DNA from: an uncultured Clostridia bacterium
GTDB lineage: Bacteria > Bacillota > Clostridia > Oscillospirales > Oscillospiraceae
Direction of reading: 5' to 3'
Assembly (NCBI GenBank): GCA_946412355.1
Contig: CAMKGX010000004.1
Location: forward strand, 476-64,475
Length of the DNA: 64,000 nt
A model generated the notes under the pieces. That model saw only the letters and a program-made list of their open reading frames with translations. It did no database searches and was not told the origin of the DNA. A program made the position numbers and the translations under genes. The stretch's first letter is position 1. Every line of letters begins with the position of its first letter. Shown here in pieces: positions 46,103-54,921 of this stretch.

Positions 46103-47794
46103 TTATGTTGCGCTTTTTACGGCGCCACCGGGATTGGGCTGGGTACCTTGGCGAGGACTTGCCTGCTGACTGGCTTTGCCTTTTCTTGCAGCGGATTTCC
46201 GCTTCGGTTTTCCGTTCTGCACGAGGCGCGGCTTTGTGGAGAGGGAGACACCGTTGAGACATTCAACAGAAACATGTCCGCCTGGAGGAATGCGAAGGGT
46301 AATGTCAGCAGCAACGGTGCTCCTGGTGTTCGGCGGGCTGAAATAAGTGGTAGAAATCCCGTTGTCGGTGTTGGCAGGCGGCTCGATGATTTTCATGAGC
46401 GGTTGGACTGCCATCTGGGCGATATGCATACGCTTTGCCGCAGCCGGTTCGGTGAAGGAGGTGTAGTGATCGCTGGTGACATCCCCCAACGGCTTACCCT
46501 GCAAAAAATGCACGGTAGCAGGATCGTCTGCCAAGCCGCAGTTGTTTTGCAGGAGAGAATCGTAGGTGTTGAACATGATCCGCTCAGAGACAGCGGATTT
46601 TGGAGCGCGCCAGCAGCGGAATGTTTCCTCTTTTACGCCGATATCGCGCAGCCGCTTATTGGCACATTGCAGGACAACATTGCGGCCCATTGCCTTAGCG
46701 GGATTGGTATCCTGGGAGATAATGGGCATTGTACGCAGCTTTTTCGGCTTGTAACGGCTTTGCAGGCTGCGGTAACGGTCCCTCAGAATCAGCGCCGCCT
46801 GGGGGAAAAGCGGACGGGTATAGTCGTGAGTAGCTCCTGCATTGTTGCTTTTCGTGATTCGCACGCGAGCCAGCGACGCATCACCCGGGTCGAAAAGGAT
46901 GTCGCCCCACACAAGGGCTTCTGAAGGGGGAACACGCCCCCAGAGCATCAGCGCTACACCGCAGTCACACCCGCTGGGCGGATGCTGCATGATTAAGGTA
47001 TAGAGTTCATCGCACATGGTCAGGTCGAGCACTGCGGGATTGGCGGCGCGTGCCTGCAGGAGCTTGGTAGATATCTTTTGCTGTGCGTTGGAGGGGACCG
47101 GGTTGACACCGGTACAAAGCGCTTTTTCCAACAGGTATTTCCAAAACCGATACAGAAGCCGTTGCCCGCGATTGGAGATGTTATCCTTTTTGACGGCGGC
47201 GGCAATTTCCGCCTGGGAGATTTCTCTCATGGCTTTATTGGGCAGCGATGCGCATGTGCTCGTTAAGCGAGAGATATGAGCATCAGCTGTTTTCTGGGAA
47301 GCCTTTTTTCCGTCTTCCAATGTAAACTGCTCGGCATAGAGCTGAGCCGCCTCGGACGGCGTAATCGTTTCCGGCTTGCACACGCCACGAAGCAACGAGT
47401 TCAGCAAAACGGCATTCTCGGCAAATAACCGCTTTGCGGTTTCCTCAATGTGCGACTTCACCGCGTCGACATTGCCGCCGTTAAACTTGGTATCTTTAAA
47501 GACCGCACACTGCTTACAGTGCGGCGTATCTATATTGACATTGCCGTGTTTACGCTGATAACTATTGATCCGCTGGCGCCGCGCCTTGCCAGTCAATTGC
47601 AGCACCTTCCCGCTCTCGGGCGAGAGGACGCTGACGCGGCCAGTATAGTCATATTCCCCGTTGACCTGCTTGGTAATGCTGAATTTAAACGCAACACCGT
47701 TATGCCAGTATATCCCCTTATAATGCTCACGTCCGTCAGCAAGCTGCCGCACATCAAATGTGGTGCGTTTGTTATCCCACTCCTTGTCCGTCAT
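46103..47794 (-). CDS. Tyrosine-recombinase-fold protein, predicted catalytically deficient
   Basis: Box I-like LMLWGRVPPSEALVWGDI, box II-like FLQGK..TSDHY; AGGAGGT RBS 14 nt downstream of the upstream recombinase stop region. Confidence 0.7.
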   Translation of the reverse strand: MTDKEWDNKRTTFDVRQLADGREHYKGIYWHNGVAFKFSITKQVNGEYDYTGRVSVLSPESGKVLQLTGKARRQRINSYQRKHGNVNIDTPHCKQCAVFKDTKFNGGNVDAVKSHIEETAKRLFAENAVLLNSLLRGVCKPETITPSEAAQLYAEQFTLEDGKKASQKTADAHISRLTSTCASLPNKAMREISQAEIAAAVKKDNISNRGQRLLYRFWKYLLEKALCTGVNPVPSNAQQKISTKLLQARAANPAVLDLTMCDELYTLIMQHPPSGCDCGVALMLWGRVPPSEALVWGDILFDPGDASLARVRITKSNNAGATHDYTRPLFPQAALILRDRYRSLQSRYKPKKLRTMPIISQDTNPAKAMGRNVVLQCANKRLRDIGVKEETFRCWRAPKSAVSERIMFNTYDSLLQNNCGLADDPATVHFLQGKPLGDVTSDHYTSFTEPAAAKRMHIAQMAVQPLMKIIEPPANTDNGISTTYFSPPNTRSTVAADITLRIPPGGHVSVECLNGVSLSTKPRLVQNGKPKRKSAARKGKASQQASPRQGTQPNPGGAVKSAT

Positions 47795-47808
47795 GATTAA
47801 CCTCCTGA

Positions 47809-49374
47809 TTAAGACCCGATGGCGGGCTTGTTTTCGCGAATACCGCGGGTATTTTTCGACACGTTGCTTGCCTGAAGCATGGTAACTCCTGTATCACAGG
47901 AGACAGAAATGGTACTGCCCGCCTCTTCGGCGTGGACTGTCAGAGTGAGCATCAGCTCCTCACTGCCGTCATTGACAAGCTTGAACTTGTCATAGGCAAT
48001 ATAATTGACATCCTGGTTTGCACACAGTGAGATGGGCGTCAAGGCAGGATGGTGAGATCCGATGGGGAAAAGGACATCCCGCTCCATCTTGGCGGCCAAA
48101 AGCGCCTGGTTGGAAGGCAGCCTGTAATCCGGCTTTGCGGTGATACTCTTGGAGGACTCGTGCCCCATGAGATAGTCAATTTCGTCCTGTGTCAGACCAC
48201 ACTTGTTGCGCCAACGAGAGGCACAGTCCCGGCGGAGCACATAGGCGGTAACCTCATTGTTGTCCACAGCGTCCTTCTGCGGGTCCAAATAGGCCACGTT
48301 GGATACATCGTCCCAAAAAGTGGGGCTCGCAATAAAAGTGCTGAGGTTAGTCCGCACCCAGGCGGAGAGGTCATCTGCTTTCATCAGCGGTTGTGGAGAC
48401 GTGGGGCGGGTCAGATGGCCAAGACAACTTCGGATGACACTTGTGGGACCGGCGGGGATGACTACGGTGCGGTAGGCGTTGTTGGTCTTGAGGGTGGGAC
48501 ACCGTGCGCTGTCTTTCTCCTGAAATAGAATCGTGACAGTGCAACCGAAGTCTGTAAAGGTAATGTCCGTCCACGGATCCACTCCTGCGGCTTCCGCTGT
48601 TCGCGCGGCCCCGGCAAACATCAGCATGGCGCACAGCGCATGCTTGGGATCGGATTCAGCGGCGGTCTGCAAGAATTCGGCAAATTGCTGCCGCACGGAG
48701 TCGCTCAGTGCTTTGACCTGCTCCGGACGAATAAGCTTGAGCCGATTACGCGACCTGAGCACAATAGTGGGGAGGGTGGGATCCACTCCGCACATGGCGT
48801 CATAGATCTTCTGCGCGGCGGTCAGATTGCTATTGGCGGTGTTAATCACGGAGGACGTGCCGGTGTGGCTGTTGCCATTGTTTGTGATGTCCTGGATGAT
48901 GGCTTGCCGCAGTTCATAACGATCCTGGTCAGTGAAGGGCTGGTTCAGATAATCCTGGAGTCTCGGGAGAATGTTAATTCCGAAATAGGTGAGCCACCGT
49001 TTGGCGACGGTGCTGCGCCACTGAGTCCAATCTTTTGGTTCGGTTTTTTCCAGTTTTCTGAAGCTGAGCGTCATGGCGTTATTTTCGTCCAGGCCGTTGC
49101 TGCTATGGGCGGACTGCTGCCGCGCCTGCACCGGGTGACGCAACGCGGACAGGATAGAGTCCACAAGACTCCGCTTTGCCGAATCGATTGCAGTCGGGTT
49201 ATCGGGGACGCCCCTGCGCGGCAGCGTTTTGGACCCGTCAACCCGCGTTTGCGTTCCGTGCTGTACAGCGTAGCCCTGTAGATTGACCGTGGACCTTCCG
49301 GCTTTGCGGGATATGGTGATGTGAGCATCTACATCCGGCCTTTTGGTCGGTACATTAATTGCATTGATTGCCGT
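47809..49374 (-). CDS. Tyrosine recombinase/integrase, apparently active; start codon uncertain
   Basis: MFAGAARTAEA (Arg), LKT (Lys), YVLRR (Arg), LMGH (His), KPDY (Tyr). AAAGGAGG RBS at 49383-49390 points to a start near 49374; the 794-aa ORF-track call overlaps the divergent gene. Confidence 0.8.
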   Translation of the reverse strand, partial: TAINAINVPTKRPDVDAHITISRKAGRSTVNLQGYAVQHGTQTRVDGSKTLPRRGVPDNPTAIDSAKRSLVDSILSALRHPVQARQQSAHSSNGLDENNAMTLSFRKLEKTEPKDWTQWRSTVAKRWLTYFGINILPRLQDYLNQPFTDQDRYELRQAIIQDITNNGNSHTGTSSVINTANSNLTAAQKIYDAMCGVDPTLPTIVLRSRNRLKLIRPEQVKALSDSVRQQFAEFLQTAAESDPKHALCAMLMFAGAARTAEAAGVDPWTDITFTDFGCTVTILFQEKDSARCPTLKTNNAYRTVVIPAGPTSVIRSCLGHLTRPTSPQPLMKADDLSAWVRTNLSTFIASPTFWDDVSNVAYLDPQKDAVDNNEVTAYVLRRDCASRWRNKCGLTQDEIDYLMGHESSKSITAKPDYRLPSNQALLAAKMERDVLFPIGSHHPALTPISLCANQDVNYIAYDKFKLVNDGSEELMLTLTVHAEEAGSTISVSCDTGVTMLQASNVSKNTRGIRENKPAIGS

Positions 49375-49531
49375 GGGATCGCCTCCTTTAGAAAAAGCTC
49401 TGGTATAGTATAGAACTATTAAAGGCGACAAAGCTAGCCAATCGTTCACTTTAGCGGGGAAGAATGTATTGTGAACCGAGGCAGATGTGGTATACTGGAT
49501 CTGGTAGTGAAAATAAGGGAGGGGAATATAC

Positions 49532-51085
49532 ATGGCAGAATCTATAGAATCTGTGTGGAAACGTGGTGTCGATTGTGAACGTACGGAGCTGCTGGGAATC
49601 GACGGGCTGAATGTACTATCGGGGGATATTGATCCGGTGTTCACAGCTGTCAAGAGCGGTGACAGGGGTTGGTACTGTGATACGTGCAGAGAAAGATTGT
49701 ATGTCAAGGAGTATTCCCGGCGCGATCTGCACGATGTCATCCCCCAATGGGTTTGCGACAACAACAAAGCGTCACCATATGATAGGCTTAAATATTTAGG
49801 ACCCAGATTACTATGCCCCAACTGTAACAAGCGGGTATCACCTAAAGAAGAGTTTGCGGCCCCAAAAGCGCGCTGCACATACAGGATGCAGCAGTATATA
49901 GGCCTGGGGGTGATGCTCTCTCCCATCAGACAAGTCAGAAAGAGCATTGACAACCAGATTAGCATAAGCGGCATCGAGAAGATTTTTTCGGGGTGGCTGA
50001 AAGAATTTGATGCAAAGGTACATGAAAGAATGAAATCGCCCGATGTTCTGGGTGTTTTCGTTATTCGCACGGAGGCAGAGCAGGAGTTAACAATTCTGCT
50101 GGATTGCTGGAGTGGGAATCTGCTGGATATTGTGGAACCGGGCGATGCTGATGCGCTGAAGGACAGGTTAAGTGCGCTGCAGGGTAAAAACAAAACAAAA
50201 GAATTGTTTATTGACCCTTATAACTGGATATATGATGCAGTAAAGGCTGTATACAAAAGGGCGTCCATCAAGATGGCCCCATTGCGTGTATCGGAAACGG
50301 TTCGAAGAGAGGCGTCAGCCGATATTGCGGCGATAGTCCGGAAGAAAGCGGACAGGAAGCTATTTCGGGATGACCCGAAACAGCTATCCCCGAGGAGGAA
50401 GAAGAAAAAGGATTGGTTACAGCAGACAATCCAGGGCCTGGAGGATCTGGAAAAGGGTATCTGCGTGATGGCAGAAGCCGCCAAAAGAGAATCGATAAGT
50501 CCACGTTTGTCTACTTTCTCAAAAAACCTACAGCGCTATTGGCGTAATAACGAGATAGCTATTTCAAACTGTGAAGTTGATAGTTTACCTGACAGCGCGA
50601 TAGATGCCATTCGGACGGAACAGGAAGCTCTTTCCTACACCAACGGATGTGGGCTGCCGGCCTTGCGGGCCCGCACGCTGTACACAGACGCGGCAGAGAA
50701 TTGCTTTAACGACTTCTTCGGCATAGGGGGGGAAAACGGATTCAACCTGAGGAAAATGGATGACGGGATAATGTATAACGCACTGATGAGTTGGGAGCTG
50801 AACAAATCATCACGCTATGTGCCCATTGACATGATCCCCTATTTGATAGCCGCCATTGAGCCGGCGGTTGATGTGCTGAATAGTGAAGGCTCCATGAGAG
50901 AGATGTGCTTCCACCCGGAAAACCGTGACCGGCTGCTGAAAGAAGCATATCAATTCGGATTTCCACAATTGGTTGTAGAGAGAAACCTTGCTGCCGCAAA
51001 CAGGCTGATTCGACAGCAACGCAGAAACAGACGAGGGGACGCAATCGAAAGAAGCGCATGGACAGAAGAGGACTGGCAGAAGTGA
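49532..51085 (+). CDS. ISL3-family transposase-derived protein with degenerate DDE motif
   Basis: CxxC..CxxC zinc finger (CDTC, CPNC), KARCTYRM, LGVFVI, LDIVE, FIDPY, LRARTLY; GGAGG RBS. Confidence 0.72.
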   Translation: MAESIESVWKRGVDCERTELLGIDGLNVLSGDIDPVFTAVKSGDRGWYCDTCRERLYVKEYSRRDLHDVIPQWVCDNNKASPYDRLKYLGPRLLCPNCNKRVSPKEEFAAPKARCTYRMQQYIGLGVMLSPIRQVRKSIDNQISISGIEKIFSGWLKEFDAKVHERMKSPDVLGVFVIRTEAEQELTILLDCWSGNLLDIVEPGDADALKDRLSALQGKNKTKELFIDPYNWIYDAVKAVYKRASIKMAPLRVSETVRREASADIAAIVRKKADRKLFRDDPKQLSPRRKKKKDWLQQTIQGLEDLEKGICVMAEAAKRESISPRLSTFSKNLQRYWRNNEIAISNCEVDSLPDSAIDAIRTEQEALSYTNGCGLPALRARTLYTDAAENCFNDFFGIGGENGFNLRKMDDGIMYNALMSWELNKSSRYVPIDMIPYLIAAIEPAVDVLNSEGSMREMCFHPENRDRLLKEAYQFGFPQLVVERNLAAANRLIRQQRRNRRGDAIERSAWTEEDWQK

Positions 51086-51105
51086 TATAGCCGGGGCATA
51101 CAGAT

Positions 51106-51154
51106 AAAAACAGCGGGCCGGGTGAGCAGAGATGCTCTCCCGGCCCGCTGTTTT
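51106..51154 (+). terminator. Intrinsic terminator
   Basis: AAAACAGCGGGCCGGG..CCCGGCCCGCTGTTTT. Confidence 0.8.
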
Positions 51155-51253
51155 GCGGAGACCGACCTACTGATACTATATTTAATATAGCGTATGTCAC
51201 GTAAAACTGGGCTGTGCAGCAGCAAAATGATTCAAAAAAGCCAAAAAAAGTGC

Positions 51254-51282
51254 TTGCAATAGGGGACACATAGTGTTATAAT
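51254..51282 (+). promoter_or_regulatory. Strong sigma-A promoter upstream of the serine recombinase unit
   Basis: TTGCAA-17 bp-TATAAT with TGn. Confidence 0.7.
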
Positions 51283-51599
51283 AGGGTAAAAGAAAAAAGT
51301 GCGGCAGCAAGAGGGGGCGGCAACCCCCACTTGCCTGCATAGGTGAAGTGAGCACCTACACAGCAGAAATGAATCTGCACCGCACCTGTAGTATATTCTT
51401 TTTTCGCTTCGTTTGCAAGGGGGGAAAGGGTATGCGAAGGGACGGGGCAGTATGTGCACCGTGTAGGACTGACCTGCACGGTTTTTCTTATTTCTTCGGA
51501 AAGGAGGTTCGTCCGGCCTGCGGGGGCAGGCTGGGCAGGTATGTTTGCCGGCATACCTTCATATGTTGGAACAACAAAACGCATATGGAGGGTATCATA

Positions 51600-51704
51600 A
51601 TGAAACGCAAAGACACGACGACCTATCGCGTTACGCGTCACTTTGAGGGGACCCGCTCCGCCAGGGAGGTAGTGGCGGCGCTGGTCAGGACCCACAGCCG
51701 ATAA
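51600..51704 (+). CDS. Small (34 aa) protein coupled to the serine recombinase
   Basis: GGAGG RBS; MKRKDTTTYRVTRHFEGTRSAREVVAALVRTHSR*; stop 4 nt before the recombinase ATG. Confidence 0.6.
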   Translation: MKRKDTTTYRVTRHFEGTRSAREVVAALVRTHSR

Positions 51705-51708
51705 GCCT

Positions 51709-53319
51709 ATGGGTACGAAAGATACATACCGCGTCGGGCGCTACGCCCGACTTTCCCGGGAGGACGGGGACAAGCTGGAGAGCGACAGCATCGTCAACCA
51801 GCAGCGGGTGATAGAGGACTACTGCGCGGTCCATGCCGGGCTGGTCATCGTAGAGGACTATGCGGACGACGGCTTTACCGGCACCAACTTTAACCGCCCT
51901 GCGTTCCGGCGGATGCTGGACGACATTGAGAAGAACAAAATCGACTGCATCGTCGTGAAGGACCTGTCCCGTTTCGGCCGTGACTATATCGACATGGGCT
52001 ACTACCTGGAGCGGTACCTGCCCAGCCGGAATATACGGTTCATTGCCATCAATGACAATGTGGACAGCCTGAATGGGCCCTATGACATGCTGCTGCCGCT
52101 GAAGAACGTCTTCAACACACAGTACGCCAAGGACATCTCCGGGAAGGTGCGGAGTGCCTTCCGCGTCAAGCAGCAGCGGGGCGAATTCGTGGGCGCCTTT
52201 GCCTCCTACGGCTACCAGAAGGACCCGGAGAACCACAACAGGCTGATGGTTGACCCGGTGGCAGCCCGGGTGGTTTTGCGGGTGTTTCAGATGGCAGCCC
52301 AGGGCATCGGGCAGGTGCGCATTGCCAAGACACTGAACGAGGAGAAGATTCCCTGTCCCAGTGAGTATAAGAAGATGATGGGCATGAAGTACTGCAACAA
52401 CCACCGCCTGGAGACCACCCGGTACTGGACCTACGCCACCATTCACCGCATGCTGACCAATGAAATGTACGCGGGTGCCATGGTGCAGAACCGCAGTGTG
52501 CGGCCCACGATGCACGGCAAGGCAAAGGCGCTGGATAAGAAGGACTGGGTGGTGGTGGACAATACCCACGAGGCCATTATCTCCCGGGAGCTGTGGGACA
52601 CGGTGCAGGCGCAGGTGGCCAAGAATGGCCGGGAGATCGACTTCCAGGGCAACCTGGGCCTGTTCGCAGGCTTTCTGTTCTGCGGTGATTGCGGACGGGC
52701 CATGGTCAAGACTATTTGGGGCAAGAAGACCACCTACTCCTGCGGCTCCTACCGCCGGTATGGGGCGACGGTGTGCAGCAGTCATTCCACGCCTATGGAA
52801 ACGCTGGAGGCCATCATTCTGGCGGACCTGAATCGCATTATCGCAGAGGTGAAGGATCTGCGCCAGGTGGCGGAGTCGTGCCGGGAGGAGAGCCCCCTGC
52901 AGGCGCGGCGCTCGTCCGAGCAGCAGCGTCTTACCGCCGCCTTGACACGGGTGCAGCACCTGAAGAAGGGCGCCTATGAAGATTACAAGGAGAACCTGCT
53001 GTCCCGGGACGAGTATCTCCGCTATAAGGAGGACTACGACAAGCAGGAGGCGTCATTGCAGGGGCAACTGGCTCAGCTGGCGCAGCAGGAGGACCCTCAA
53101 GAGCTTTTGCAGGAGCCCTGGGTGGACCAGCTCCTGCGGTTGGGCTGCCTCACAACGCTGGACCGGGCGACCCTGGCGCAGACGGTGAAGGAAATCCGGG
53201 TGTTTGAGGACAAGCACATCGAGATTACCTACCTCTTCTCCGACGCGCTGCGGGTGCTGTTGGAAAAACCCGGCGAGGAGGAGGGACAGGCCGCCCGCGA
53301 GGAGAACTGCACACCTTAA
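51709..53319 (+). CDS. Large serine recombinase (resolvase + recombinase + zinc-ribbon + coiled coil; TnpX/TndX-like)
   Basis: YARLSREDG (catalytic Ser), SIVNQ, DDGFTGTNFNRPAF, VKDLSRFGRDY, FCGDCG..CGSY..CSSH. Confidence 0.93.
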   Translation: MGTKDTYRVGRYARLSREDGDKLESDSIVNQQRVIEDYCAVHAGLVIVEDYADDGFTGTNFNRPAFRRMLDDIEKNKIDCIVVKDLSRFGRDYIDMGYYLERYLPSRNIRFIAINDNVDSLNGPYDMLLPLKNVFNTQYAKDISGKVRSAFRVKQQRGEFVGAFASYGYQKDPENHNRLMVDPVAARVVLRVFQMAAQGIGQVRIAKTLNEEKIPCPSEYKKMMGMKYCNNHRLETTRYWTYATIHRMLTNEMYAGAMVQNRSVRPTMHGKAKALDKKDWVVVDNTHEAIISRELWDTVQAQVAKNGREIDFQGNLGLFAGFLFCGDCGRAMVKTIWGKKTTYSCGSYRRYGATVCSSHSTPMETLEAIILADLNRIIAEVKDLRQVAESCREESPLQARRSSEQQRLTAALTRVQHLKKGAYEDYKENLLSRDEYLRYKEDYDKQEASLQGQLAQLAQQEDPQELLQEPWVDQLLRLGCLTTLDRATLAQTVKEIRVFEDKHIEITYLFSDALRVLLEKPGEEEGQAAREENCTP

Positions 53320-53499
53320 GGGCAGCGAACAGCTGCCCCAAAAGGACGGCAGGATGCGCAACCTGCTATTTTCAACAGAAGAAAAGGATGGGTGCGGTGA
53401 GAAAGAAAACCGTTTCTCGCCGGGCCCAAATAAAGGTACATATAGGGGACACATAAGCGAGGGCGTGTGCCCAGATAATATGATAAGGAGGTAATACAT

Positions 53500-53859
53500 A
53501 TGAAACGTCACGGTAAACAAGCAAACGCAAGGCTGTATCACTTCGGCAGGAGGGAGAGCAGCACCACCGCTCCGGCTGGGTGGGGGAGGGAGCGGATGAT
53601 GCTCTCGGGTGGGCTGGATATGGACTGTCGTAGCCGCGGCGCATTCACGGCTTGGGGGGTACCTGAAGCTGATAGGGTGAGCCTGTACCGGCAGGGCTGT
53701 GTGCTGACGGGAGGAGGTGCGGCGTAAAAAACGAATTTGCACAGCATTGACAATCTGTTTACTCTGGCAGAGCCGCTTGGCGTTACCGTGGGTAAAATGA
53801 TTGCGAGAAAACACTATTGCAACGGCAGAGAGGGGCTGTTCCCCTCCCGCACACAATAA
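53500..53859 (+). pseudogene. Possible decayed XRE-type HTH gene (in-frame TAA at 53725-53727)
   Basis: AAGGAGGT RBS and ATG 53500; the same frame after the stop reads HSIDNLFTLAEPLGVTVGKMI, resembling the C-terminal helices of XRE HTH domains. Confidence 0.35.
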
Positions 53860-53885
53860 TAATTTACGAGAGAAGAGGTAAGAAA

Positions 53886-54857
53886 ATGAGCATTATGGAC
53901 GATTATCAGAATAGCCAGAAGTTTTTCTTTGGCATGGCCGGTGGTTATAACGCCTTCGACGTGTGCGCCGCCTTCATCCTGGAGGAGGTGCGGCTGTATC
54001 GGAACAAGAACGGCGGGCAGAACATGGTGTGCACGCTGCGGAACTGCAAGGGCGCCATCGCCGGCATCTGCTTTGATTACTGCGGAGAGTTGGATGAGTC
54101 CAGCGCCGGCACCCCTGTGATGGTGCAGGGTAGGATGGGCTCCTACAAGGGCGCGCCCCAGATTCGGATTATCGACATCTGGCCTCTGGATGCTGACGAC
54201 GCGCAGAACGACATCCGGACGCTGCTGCCCCACGGGTTGTTGTCGGGGGAAGAGGGGTTTAAGACGTTCCGGGATGCCATGGTGGCGAAGATCCAGGACG
54301 GGGACTATCTCCTGTTGTGCAAGGCGTTGGTGGACGAAAACAAGGAGGTGTTCAGTTCCTGCCCGGCGTCCACCGGCAGCCATCACGCCTGCGTGGGCGG
54401 TCTGCTGACCCACACCTTCGAGGTGATGGAGTGGGCGTATAACTTCGCTGAATACTACAATGATACCTATGACTTTGGCATTGACAAAGAGCTGCTGACT
54501 GCCGGGGCGGTGCTCCACGACATCGGCAAGGTGCGTGAGTATGGCTTTGACAGCACCGGCGCGGCAATGCGGCCCACGGATGCCATGAAGGAGAACGCCC
54601 ATGCGCTGGAGGGCGCCATGATGATTCGGGAGATGGCCCAGGAGCTGGGCACGCCGGAGGATAAGGCAAGGAAGCTGGAAAACCTGGTGGCCAGCCACCA
54701 CACCGCCTATCCGTTCCGCGTTGGCGTGAGCCCCATCACGCCGGAGGCCAAGCTGCTGGCGGTGGTGGACAACCTGGACAGCAGCGTGAGCAGTAACTTC
54801 GGTAAGGACGTCACTTTTTTGGAGGGCAAGCCGGTGCACACCGGAGACGTAGCGTGA
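53886..54857 (+). CDS. YhaM/CBF1-like OB-fold + HD-domain 3'-5' exoribonuclease family protein
   Basis: HHACVGGLLTHT, GAVLHDIGKVREY, HALEG, ASHH, DNLD; GAGGT RBS. Confidence 0.85.
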   Translation: MSIMDDYQNSQKFFFGMAGGYNAFDVCAAFILEEVRLYRNKNGGQNMVCTLRNCKGAIAGICFDYCGELDESSAGTPVMVQGRMGSYKGAPQIRIIDIWPLDADDAQNDIRTLLPHGLLSGEEGFKTFRDAMVAKIQDGDYLLLCKALVDENKEVFSSCPASTGSHHACVGGLLTHTFEVMEWAYNFAEYYNDTYDFGIDKELLTAGAVLHDIGKVREYGFDSTGAAMRPTDAMKENAHALEGAMMIREMAQELGTPEDKARKLENLVASHHTAYPFRVGVSPITPEAKLLAVVDNLDSSVSSNFGKDVTFLEGKPVHTGDVA

Positions 54858-54890
54858 GGGGCCGCGGGAATGTGTATAACGGGATAATCA

Positions 54891-54921
54891 TCGTGGAGGG
54901 CTGCACAGCAGTCCTCCACGA
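54891..54921. terminator. Strong hairpin between the HD gene and the CRISPR trailer (likely terminator)
   Basis: TCGTGGAGG-G-CTGC-ACA-GCAG-T-CCTCCACGA. Confidence 0.55.

Noticed and set aside
47809-50193. 794-aa ORF-track call for the tyrosine recombinase
   Set aside because: The first ~270 codons overlap the divergent ISL3-derived gene and the shared promoter region and look non-coding; the RBS at 49383-49390 indicates a start near 49374.
51260-51272. Resemblance of the 14-bp direct repeat (TAGGGGACACATA) to the CRISPR repeat end (TAGGGGTCTCAAA)
   Set aside because: 10 of 13 matches in a short G-run-containing word is not significant; no mechanism supported.
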